From the IMG/VR virus record IMGVR_UViG_3300032167_007519: 35,580 nt of DNA. One strand, given 5' to 3'. Numbering within the stretch: the stretch's first letter is position 1; every line of letters begins with the position of its first letter. Positions 28,406-35,580 of this stretch are shown here, piece by piece. Made by a program: the position numbers and the translations under genes. This DNA comes from a virus (taxonomy: Duplodnaviria; Heunggongvirae; Uroviricota; Caudoviricetes). Under the pieces are notes generated by a model, which saw nothing but the letters and a program-made list of their open reading frames with translations, was not told the DNA's origin and searched no databases.

Positions 28406-28627
28406 TTAAGCTCTACTTTGATTTTGAGATTTCAATTCTTCGTTTAATTTTGCTTCCCAACGATTGAAAGCTTCATGGTTCTCATTTAATCTTTTTTCTA
28501 AAGATTCATAATATGCAGAAGCCTCTTCGTGTAGCTGACGTTCCTTTACTAGGAGTTCCTGAAGCTCTGAAATAAATTCTGAAGTAAGCTTTAGGGTTAG
28601 ATTGTCGTCTGCAATTTCAAAAATCAT
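28406..28627 (-). CDS. Small coiled-coil hypothetical protein
   Basis: 73 aa, heptad-like charged helix, AGGAG RBS. Confidence 0.7.
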   Translation of the reverse strand: MIFEIADDNLTLKLTSEFISELQELLVKERQLHEEASAYYESLEKRLNENHEAFNRWEAKLNEELKSQNQSRA

Positions 28628-28670
28628 GGAATTCTCCTGTGGTTTGTAAATGCTATTTTAAGAAGAAAAA

Positions 28671-29510
28671 CTAAAAATCAATAGATAATGAATCAACTGA
28701 TAAGTTCCCTTCTATTTTACTATTTCTACTGCTTAGTGTCAAGTGATTACACTTTAATGACCCGTGAATAATACCGTTTAAAATAACGTCTTCTGCTTCT
28801 ACTTTGCCAAAGATTTCTCCTGTTAAAGAAAAACATCCTTTTGAGGTTACTTCTCCATAAACAGTTGCTGAAATTTCTCCACCTTTTGGTAAATGAATGT
28901 CACCCTTTATAACTCCTTCATTTTTCATAGATGGATTCGATAATGGTATTGATGGAGAAGGTTGCTCTTGGACTGGTTCTTCTTTTTTAAGAGCTTCTTC
29001 TGGGACAATTTCTGGTTCCCAAATAGATTCTTCCTCTTCTTTTAGCATAGATGCAGTGTTTTCCTCTTCTTTTAATTTTGCAATCTCTTCATCATCATAG
29101 CCCGGAACTAATGGGTAACGATGTTTTTTTGTTTGCACTAATTGAGGTCGTTCTTCTACGGTTGTTTTCTTTGTTCCCGAAGTCTTAGATAGTGGTGCGA
29201 GGGAGGCTTCTTTTGAAATCTCCTGATGAATTGCACGAGGTCTGACAGGAACAACACGATTTACAACAACCACTGGCAACATATCTTCGCCATCATAGGC
29301 AATGTTGTCATCTCCTACAAAAACTTCTGTAGAAAATTCTACAATAGGTTCTTGTTCTTGCTCTTTTTCAATTTCTGGTTCAGAAACTGTAGTCTCAGGA
29401 ACAGATTCGCTTTTTACAGTAGGAAGGTCGTCTCCTAAAGAAGCTAACATTTCTTGTTCCTTTGCAGCTTCTTCCATCATTGCTTTTCCAATGTCAGAAA
29501 ATATACTCAT
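28671..29510 (-). CDS. Bactofilin (polymer-forming cytoskeletal, CcmA/DUF583) domain protein with long acidic N-terminal tail
   Basis: C-terminal beta-helix repeats VIKGDIHL...VYGEVTS...LTGEIFGKVEAEDVILNGIIHGSLKCNHLTL...KIEGNLSV. Confidence 0.8.
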   Translation of the reverse strand: MSIFSDIGKAMMEEAAKEQEMLASLGDDLPTVKSESVPETTVSEPEIEKEQEQEPIVEFSTEVFVGDDNIAYDGEDMLPVVVVNRVVPVRPRAIHQEISKEASLAPLSKTSGTKKTTVEERPQLVQTKKHRYPLVPGYDDEEIAKLKEEENTASMLKEEEESIWEPEIVPEEALKKEEPVQEQPSPSIPLSNPSMKNEGVIKGDIHLPKGGEISATVYGEVTSKGCFSLTGEIFGKVEAEDVILNGIIHGSLKCNHLTLSSRNSKIEGNLSVDSLSIDF

Positions 29511-29511
29511 A

Positions 29512-30660
29512 CTAGAATTCTATGCTCCATTCTCCATTATTTAATCTGGTGTGTAATTCTTGATAATCATCTTCTACAACTAACATTGCATCGTGAGAAG
29601 AATTATATTCATCTAACCAGTCTCCAGACTTTAAGTGTAACATACCGAAAAAGGCATTTTCAGTAAAGGAAATCCAAAGAGTTGCATCATTTGTTAATTC
29701 CAATTCCGGAACAGCTTCTGTACCAACAATCGGATAAACCTTTGAAATAGAAAGTAAATCACCTTGTTCGATAGAAGTGCCTGTTGTCATAATCGTTGCG
29801 TTGAATACACCATTATCAAACTGACCTTTAATTAACAAGTTATATTTACTAACATTGGCAGTTAATAACGGCGCTTCTAAACTGGACATAGAAGTATAAT
29901 ACTGCATACTTCCATAGTCAGAACGATATTCCGCATTTACCATCACGGGAACAATACCATCTTGAATTACCTGCAGTGGGGAAACAGTAATCTTAATTTT
30001 ATCCGTATTGTCTCCTCTGAGAAGCTCAACGTCCTGTGTCTGGTACATAACCTTATTTGCCGGAATTACCCAACTACGGTCAGTTACCTTGACAGCAATT
30101 GGTTCTTTTGGGTTTTCCATTACAGGTTCTGGTTCTGGAGTTGTAGATACAGGGGTTGGAGGAGTGATAGGCTCTACTGATTCGACTGGATTGATTGGCT
30201 CAACTACTGGCTCTAATACAGGCTCAAAGACTGGGACAGAAGAACTTTCGGATTCTGTAACATCTGAAGTCTCTTTAAAAGAATCCTCCATATTTTCTAC
30301 AGAAGAAGCGGCTTCTTCAACATAAGTTCTTGTTCCTTCTGTAAAGAATGGCTCTACAGATTCTAATTCTTCTTCTGGAATTTCTTTCGGAGTCCATTCT
30401 GGAGTAACAGCTTCCTGCTCATGGACAATAGGTTCGGTAGTAATATCTTTTGGACTTGTCTCTGGGGGATTCGATGTCGCAGGTAAGTCTACGATAGTTA
30501 CTCCAAGTTTTGCATTCATTTCTCGAAGAACCATCGCCTGAGCCGTGCCTAAGACTCCTCGATACTTTGTTACAAACTCTGCAGGAAGACTGAGAACTAG
30601 TTCGTCTAAATGTTTAGAACAATTGCAAGCATCCTGCAGTAAGATTAGTAATGAATTCAT
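29512..30660 (-). CDS. Hypothetical protein with acidic Pro/Glu-rich disordered linker
   Basis: Helical N-terminus, PEPEPV/PVVEP-rich centre, beta-rich C-terminal domain; AAGGAGG RBS. Confidence 0.75.
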   Translation of the reverse strand: MNSLLILLQDACNCSKHLDELVLSLPAEFVTKYRGVLGTAQAMVLREMNAKLGVTIVDLPATSNPPETSPKDITTEPIVHEQEAVTPEWTPKEIPEEELESVEPFFTEGTRTYVEEAASSVENMEDSFKETSDVTESESSSVPVFEPVLEPVVEPINPVESVEPITPPTPVSTTPEPEPVMENPKEPIAVKVTDRSWVIPANKVMYQTQDVELLRGDNTDKIKITVSPLQVIQDGIVPVMVNAEYRSDYGSMQYYTSMSSLEAPLLTANVSKYNLLIKGQFDNGVFNATIMTTGTSIEQGDLLSISKVYPIVGTEAVPELELTNDATLWISFTENAFFGMLHLKSGDWLDEYNSSHDAMLVVEDDYQELHTRLNNGEWSIEF

Positions 30661-30685
30661 TACTGTGCCTCCTTGTTGTCATAAT

Positions 30686-31267
30686 TTATTCTAAGGTTTC
30701 CTTAGATTCGCTGAAAACAGTGTCGTTATCTGCTATCCTTGGTAACACATAGTCATATTCTTTTGTGGGACCGGAAAAGCGAAATACCCATTCCTCTTCG
30801 TTATATCCTTGGTCTTCACATAAAACTCTATCTGTCATATCTATACACTTTTTCCCATCTGTGGTAGTATATAAATAATATTCATGATTGAGTTCTAATT
30901 TACGTTCTCTTAATTTACGTTTTGCGGTAGAAGTAGGCTTTCTTGTTTGTTTTACTCGAAAGGCTATCTGTGTTTCTACAATTTCCATAGGAATATAGGT
31001 ATATGTATTTAAAAAATATAAGAGAAATACTATTGTGAAAATTGTAGCTAAGACATACATCTGTGCCGATTTAAATAATGGAGAAAAGGCTACCCACCAA
31101 GAGGCTATCATATATAATGCGGCACTAATAAGAGTACCTAAGTTTCCTTTTTTCTCTAAATCTCTAAAATATAGATAATCGGTTTCTTTACAGAGCTTGT
31201 CATAAGCCTGTTGCCATTCTTCTGTTTTTTTAAACGTCATATATCGGAGAAATCGAAATAAAAACAT
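30686..31267 (-). CDS. Membrane protein (two TM helices)
   Basis: LISAALYMIASWWVAF and YVLATIFTIVFLLYFL; AAAGGAG RBS. Confidence 0.75.
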   Translation of the reverse strand: MFLFRFLRYMTFKKTEEWQQAYDKLCKETDYLYFRDLEKKGNLGTLISAALYMIASWWVAFSPLFKSAQMYVLATIFTIVFLLYFLNTYTYIPMEIVETQIAFRVKQTRKPTSTAKRKLRERKLELNHEYYLYTTTDGKKCIDMTDRVLCEDQGYNEEEWVFRFSGPTKEYDYVLPRIADNDTVFSESKETLE

Positions 31268-31282
31268 ATAGATAAAACTCCT

Positions 31283-31858
31283 TTATAACATAGATTCAAA
31301 TAAATCAAAAATATCGTCATCGTCATCATCAGCATCGTCATTCGTATCCGCTGTATAATTTTCTGTATAAGTTGGTTCTATTGGAGGTGGAACAATAGGT
31401 TCCGGCTTTTGTACTGGAACAGAAGATTCTTTGACGGAGGAAGATTTTGTGGTACTTGCTGATGGGGTAATGTAAGTCGGAGCAGTATTTTCTTGATAAA
31501 TGGATGCTTCTGTTTGGTAAATAACGTGCCCATACATGTAGCGTAAAATTCCTTTACAATACATAGCAAACATTCCATCCGGAATTGTATTGATAAAATC
31601 AGTTACTAACTGTATCATTTCTTGACGTTTTTTACTTCTAGTTTTTCTTACCATTTGCTCTTGAAAAGAGATAAAGATATTTAGACGCTTATCCTGTTCC
31701 ATAATAGTAACTGGATGGAGTGGAATATTTACTTTTTCTCCTTTTGCATAGGCGTATAGGGCTGCCATCACTAAGACAGCAACCCTTTCGTCCTGTTGAA
31801 GGAAAAAACTAATTAAATCTGCATCTGCTTTTCTGGATAAATAAAACTGCTTCGTCAT
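31283..31858 (-). CDS. ParR/Alp7R-like partition adaptor
   Basis: Immediately downstream of parM; RHH-like N-terminus (KQFYLS-helix-helix), low-complexity linker, acidic C-terminal tail DDADDDDDDIFDLFESML. Confidence 0.6.
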   Translation of the reverse strand: MTKQFYLSRKADADLISFFLQQDERVAVLVMAALYAYAKGEKVNIPLHPVTIMEQDKRLNIFISFQEQMVRKTRSKKRQEMIQLVTDFINTIPDGMFAMYCKGILRYMYGHVIYQTEASIYQENTAPTYITPSASTTKSSSVKESSVPVQKPEPIVPPPIEPTYTENYTADTNDDADDDDDDIFDLFESML

Positions 31859-31864
31859 TTTGGA

Positions 31865-33043
31865 TTACTTTTCCCCTTTTTCTCTACTAAGCTTATTGTA
31901 AGCTCTCATGTAATAGCCAAGAACATTGGAAAATGCAAATGGTAATGTCTCATCATTTTCATTACCTGCGATAACTTCTACACCCATGTCTTTGAAAATT
32001 GCTCGAATGTCTTCCATACGAGATTCTCCGGTGCCACCAGTAACAATTAACATGTCAACATCTACAAAATCATCATAGAGTCTCATAAGACGGTCAATTG
32101 CTTTCTGATTTAGTTTCTTATTGTACTTATCTAAGATAACTCCGATTGGAATTTCTACCGGGCGTTTCTGCTGACGGTCAAAAGCTTTAATCACGCCATC
32201 TTCTAAGTATCTCTGCAACTCAAATGCCTGAATTGGTGCCGGAAGCTGTGGATTTACTTCATCTAAAACGTGGTCAAATACAGATTTCATCGCTGTATCG
32301 GAAAACGTTTTATGAATTCCTTTTGCACGGCTTCGGATTTCAAAATCATCTTCTGTACCAAAACCGACATCATGAATTACTACATTCTTCTTTAATAAAT
32401 CTTTACGATTTGGAAGAATTTCACCTTTGGAATTGTGCATAACTCCAAATAAAGTACCCTGTGGCTGTTCAATGACAAATACATCTGCAGGAGTAAAAGT
32501 GTATCTCTTTGGTTCATTGTTTCCTACCTGTAATGTAATGTCATATTTTTTCTTTAAGGTTTTAATTAGCCATTCTGTGTCTCTAGCAGCATACTCACAT
32601 GGTAAACCTGTCTGAATGTAAACATCTGTTTTGTCATAATTGTCCGGTAAACCAAGAGCAATGCCTACAGCAGCTAATACCTGATAGGTTTCTGTCTGGA
32701 ACCAATAACGGTCATACAAAACTTCATCATTCATCTGCTTAATATCAGCAACTTTCATCTGCCGATAAGCAAGGTCACCTACTAAATACATGTTGCCAGT
32801 AATATGGTCGGTTAAAATGATGTCAGTATCCTTTAACTTATCTAAGTTCTGGAACTCTCGTACCTGCTTAATAATGGATGGGATACAATAAGCTTTGTCT
32901 CCGCCAAGACCTTTGACAGAACTGTAGCCACCGTCAAACCCAATAATGGTTTTCGCCTTGTGCTGGTTATTTCCTAAAATCTTAGGAAGTTTCTTTTCCA
33001 TAATAAAAGCTCGTGTCTTATACTCGTTCGCTACTCCCTGCAT
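31865..33043 (-). CDS. parM: ParM/StbA-family actin-like partition ATPase
   Basis: Phosphate-1 IGFDGGYSSVK, connect EQPQG, phosphate-2 IHDVGFGTED, adenosine IVTGGTG, C-terminal SNVLGYY. Confidence 0.9.
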   Translation of the reverse strand: MQGVANEYKTRAFIMEKKLPKILGNNQHKAKTIIGFDGGYSSVKGLGGDKAYCIPSIIKQVREFQNLDKLKDTDIILTDHITGNMYLVGDLAYRQMKVADIKQMNDEVLYDRYWFQTETYQVLAAVGIALGLPDNYDKTDVYIQTGLPCEYAARDTEWLIKTLKKKYDITLQVGNNEPKRYTFTPADVFVIEQPQGTLFGVMHNSKGEILPNRKDLLKKNVVIHDVGFGTEDDFEIRSRAKGIHKTFSDTAMKSVFDHVLDEVNPQLPAPIQAFELQRYLEDGVIKAFDRQQKRPVEIPIGVILDKYNKKLNQKAIDRLMRLYDDFVDVDMLIVTGGTGESRMEDIRAIFKDMGVEVIAGNENDETLPFAFSNVLGYYMRAYNKLSREKGEK

Positions 33044-33543
33044 AGTGCATACTCTCCTTTTGTTGTTGTTTTTAAATTTTTATATCCTTTATAGCAGCCA
33101 TATTTGCCACTAATAAAGTTCGTATAAATGCTATCAAGTCCTAAACTCCAAACCTCACTGGAACCAACAAATTCACAAAAAGCATGACATTCAATTACTC
33201 CATTTTGGTCTGTAACAAACCAAATATCATACCAATCGGTTGCAGCATAAATAAATGCGGGTTCGACAGTAAAAACAAAACGTTGACCGTCAGATAGCTG
33301 AGCGATTGTCGTGAGTGGGGAACGAAGATTCTCTTTTGTTGTGTCTAGAGCAGGAACGACAGAATCTGTTCGATATAAAACAGAATCGTCATCATCATCC
33401 GGTAGTAACCAAAGTTTTTCTATTTCTTCCGCTACACGGTTTTTTAATTCCGGAGAGGAAAAAATAAAAATATTGTTTTTGGTTAATTTATGTAAGGAAA
33501 AATTATGATATTCCGGATGCTGAATTATTAGGTCTGTAATCAT
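33031..33543 (-). CDS. Hypothetical protein
   Basis: 170-aa ORF with GGAG RBS, overlapping the parM start. Confidence 0.7.
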   Translation of the reverse strand: MITDLIIQHPEYHNFSLHKLTKNNIFIFSSPELKNRVAEEIEKLWLLPDDDDDSVLYRTDSVVPALDTTKENLRSPLTTIAQLSDGQRFVFTVEPAFIYAATDWYDIWFVTDQNGVIECHAFCEFVGSSEVWSLGLDSIYTNFISGKYGCYKGYKNLKTTTKGEYALCRE

Positions 33544-33564
33544 TATTTTATCTCCAATAATTAT

Positions 33565-33921
33565 TTATTTTCGGAGACCAAGTGCAGTTAATGGGTCCTC
33601 TACATGATATGTTCTTGTATGTGCAGTGACTGGTTCAAAAATCACTTCAAAATCACCAGAAAATCTGATTTTAATGCAATTATTATCTGTATATTCAGCA
33701 GAGATTGCTGTCTTTAATGTAATTTCTTCCGGGAGGTCTCCATCCCTGAATTTTCTAAACCGCATGGTCTGTCCATAAGTAAGATTTCGTGGGTCGTTTG
33801 TAGCATCACATTCTGCAATACTTCCTACACAACGTTCGTATAATCTACTTCCAAAACGATATTTTTCTCCTGCTAATGGGAAGGTTGTGTGAAGAATATT
33901 CTTAATCAAATAATTAGCCAT
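33565..33921 (-). CDS. Hypothetical protein, first gene of the parM operon
   Basis: 118-aa ORF with AGAAAGGA RBS. Confidence 0.7.
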   Translation of the reverse strand: MANYLIKNILHTTFPLAGEKYRFGSRLYERCVGSIAECDATNDPRNLTYGQTMRFRKFRDGDLPEEITLKTAISAEYTDNNCIKIRFSGDFEVIFEPVTAHTRTYHVEDPLTALGLRK

Positions 33922-34031
33922 AAGTCTCAGGTCCTTTCTGTCTCAAAACTGGGTCAATTGCTACGTATGAGGTATAAACAATTGAAGTTGTTAAAATGAT
34001 AAAAATAAATATAGTTTTCGGTATCCTCACT

Positions 34032-34061
34032 TATTAGCTATCATTTGGTTTAAGTTTTCGG
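34032..34061 (-). promoter_or_regulatory. Conserved upstream motif copy C (CCGA-AAAC-TTAAACCA-AATGA-TAGCTAATA)
   Basis: About 110 nt upstream of the ATG at 33921. Confidence 0.65.
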
Positions 34062-34066
34062 CAAAA

Positions 34067-34086
34067 TATTGCCAACGTTGGCAATA
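34067..34086. repeat. Perfect 20-bp palindrome TATTGCCAACGTTGGCAATA
   Basis: Exact inverted repeat with no spacer, 5 bp from motif copy C. Confidence 0.8.
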
Positions 34087-34099
34087 ATATTTTGAAAAT

Positions 34100-34150
34100 A
34101 CTAAAAAAAATGAAAATGAATAGCCTCCTGAGGTGTTACAAGAGGCTATT
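34100..34150 (-). terminator. Intrinsic terminator after the surface protein gene
   Basis: AATAGCCTCTTG-taacacct-CAGGAGGCTATT followed by CATTTTCATTTTTTTT. Confidence 0.75.
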
Positions 34151-34167
34151 TTAAGTTTCAATGGGGT

Positions 34168-35580
34168 TTATTTGGATTCCTTTTTCTTTCGTGTAAGAAC
34201 AATAATAATAAAAAGAATGAAAAGAAAACTTCCGCCAATAACATAAATATAGGTTGGGATTGTTTTTGGTTCTTCCTCTTCTATAATTTCTGGAATTGGT
34301 GTTGGGGATAGAGAAGGAGGTACTTCGGTAGGGACAGGAGTTACTGTAGGAAGTAGCTCAATGATTTCAGACTCTTCTTTTCCTTGAGGAAGTGGTTCCG
34401 GTTCTTCATATTCATGCTTGTAGGAATGGTCTTCTGGGTTTGTACCTTCTTCCCATTCAATACTCTCATCTTCGTTAATTACCCAAGAACCAACGATTTC
34501 TTCACCATCTACAGTCGTTGGCAATGGATATCTCATTCCAATTACTGGCCACCAAAATGGGAGATTGTCCGGAATAACTGTACGGTCATAAATAGGAATT
34601 ATAATGTTGTCTGTACTAATATCTTCATGAATGGAAAAATCACCAATGTTATTTCCAAATTCATCATGTTGAATTACAGATGGGTCTTGAACATCATAAT
34701 AAATATTCCAACCCCATTCTCTTAATGAAATCGCCGGGTCTTCTAAAACAACTAATTTCGCATAGTCTGTAGTAGGGTCTTGTTGAAAAGCAGTACTTAA
34801 TAAATTCGTAGAAAGTAAGGAATCTTCTCTTAAGGCTTGTAAAAAAAGATTATCTGTAATCTCTAAATAATCTTCTATATCAAAACCAAGAGGTCTTAAC
34901 AATCGATGGTAATCGTCAAAATGTCCCGGGATATCTCCATATTCTGTCATCCAAAGAATGGAACGTCGTAAATCGACTCTTTTTGTTTTTTCATAACGTT
35001 GCAGAATCGTTTTTTGCATAATGGTATCAAATAAAGATTCTAAGCTATAAAAATACTTTTCAAAATCATCAATAGTTCCAAAAAAACAAAAGAACTGTGG
35101 GTATCCTTGCATATGTTGCTTTTTATAAATAGTAATATCTCCGTTGACAGGGATGTCTTCTAAAGCTTTACATTCCAGTGTATTTACACTATAATCAATG
35201 TCAGCAACAAGGCTTTTAGGCTCCATATCCGGCAAAGCAAATCCTGTTAAAGAAGCAATAGCTCCTGTAGAAAGAGATAACCAATAGGTATTCTCTGGAA
35301 CATCTTTTAATATATGCTTTGTTAGACACCATTCTTCATCAAAATAAATTTCTTCACCAATCCCAACATGAGTGCCAATCATATTTTGTTCGGAACAAAG
35401 ATAAATATCCGTATCTCCTACAAAATTAGCTGGTTTAATAGACCAAATGGTAATATAATCTACAGTAGGAACAGTCTCTTCTGGAGTTGATGTTTGTGAA
35501 GTTTCGTCTGCATATGTAGTGATTGGCATTGTATTGCACAATAAACATAAGAGGCATAACAATAATGATATTTTTTTCAT
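34168..35580 (-). CDS. Secreted, C-terminally membrane-anchored surface protein
   Basis: Signal peptide (MKKISLLLCLLCLL...TYA-DE), Pro/Glu/Thr-rich stalk (PTVTPVPTEVPPSLSPTP), C-terminal TM plus RKKK; no LPXTG. Confidence 0.8.
   Translation of the reverse strand: MKKISLLLCLLCLLCNTMPITTYADETSQTSTPEETVPTVDYITIWSIKPANFVGDTDIYLCSEQNMIGTHVGIGEEIYFDEEWCLTKHILKDVPENTYWLSLSTGAIASLTGFALPDMEPKSLVADIDYSVNTLECKALEDIPVNGDITIYKKQHMQGYPQFFCFFGTIDDFEKYFYSLESLFDTIMQKTILQRYEKTKRVDLRRSILWMTEYGDIPGHFDDYHRLLRPLGFDIEDYLEITDNLFLQALREDSLLSTNLLSTAFQQDPTTDYAKLVVLEDPAISLREWGWNIYYDVQDPSVIQHDEFGNNIGDFSIHEDISTDNIIIPIYDRTVIPDNLPFWWPVIGMRYPLPTTVDGEEIVGSWVINEDESIEWEEGTNPEDHSYKHEYEEPEPLPQGKEESEIIELLPTVTPVPTEVPPSLSPTPIPEIIEEEEPKTIPTYIYVIGGSFLFILFIIIVLTRKKKESK

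Larger units (their letters stand above)
1..35580. mobile_element. Segment of a large conjugative element (probably a plasmid) carrying T4SS, Tad-like pilus and ParM-type partition genes
   Basis: VirB4, VirD4, PrgI, VirB6-like and VirB2-like genes together with a ParM-family actin; no housekeeping genes. Element boundaries lie outside the window. Confidence 0.88.

Noticed and set aside
33950-34030. Possible oriT (GTATCCTC resembling the MOBP nic core ATCCTG)
   Set aside because: The match is imperfect, there is no adjacent oriT-type inverted repeat and no relaxase in the window.
1-35580. CRISPR array, DGR, group II intron, IS, integrase, relaxase, tRNA/rRNA
   Set aside because: No regularly spaced repeats, reverse transcriptase, transposase, recombinase or relaxase motifs, or RNA gene structures seen by eye.

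Overview
AT-rich (roughly 35% GC by eye) segment of a large conjugative element, most likely a low-copy plasmid from a Clostridia/Lachnospiraceae-type Firmicute (taxonomy inferred from gene style and strong AGGAGG/AAAGGAG RBSs). Almost all genes are on the - strand. Reading in transcription order from the right: (i) a secreted, C-terminally anchored surface protein; (ii) a 12-gene operon with a ParM-family actin, a ParR-like partner, a bactofilin-domain protein and an HD-GYP protein lacking the GYP loop; (iii) a small stand-alone + strand gene and a + strand SNF2-family helicase; (iv) a Gram-positive T4SS cluster (VirB2-like, VirB6-like, PrgI, VirB4, a 1305-aa membrane protein, a lipoprotein, an SSB-like protein, VirD4); (v) directly downstream, a Tad/Flp-like pilus operon (SAF/CpaB-like, TadZ-like, CpaF ATPase, fused TadB/C-like protein, tandem pilin-like genes running off the left edge). 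No relaxase, integrase, replicon, RNA gene or CRISPR array is visible. The main hidden signals are non-coding: a conserved motif CCGA-N4-TTAAACCA-N5-TRRCTAAT in sense orientation upstream of four transcription units (a likely element-wide regulon), a second palindrome family TTGCCAACGTTGGCAA, and a 310-nt structured leader in front of the T4SS genes.
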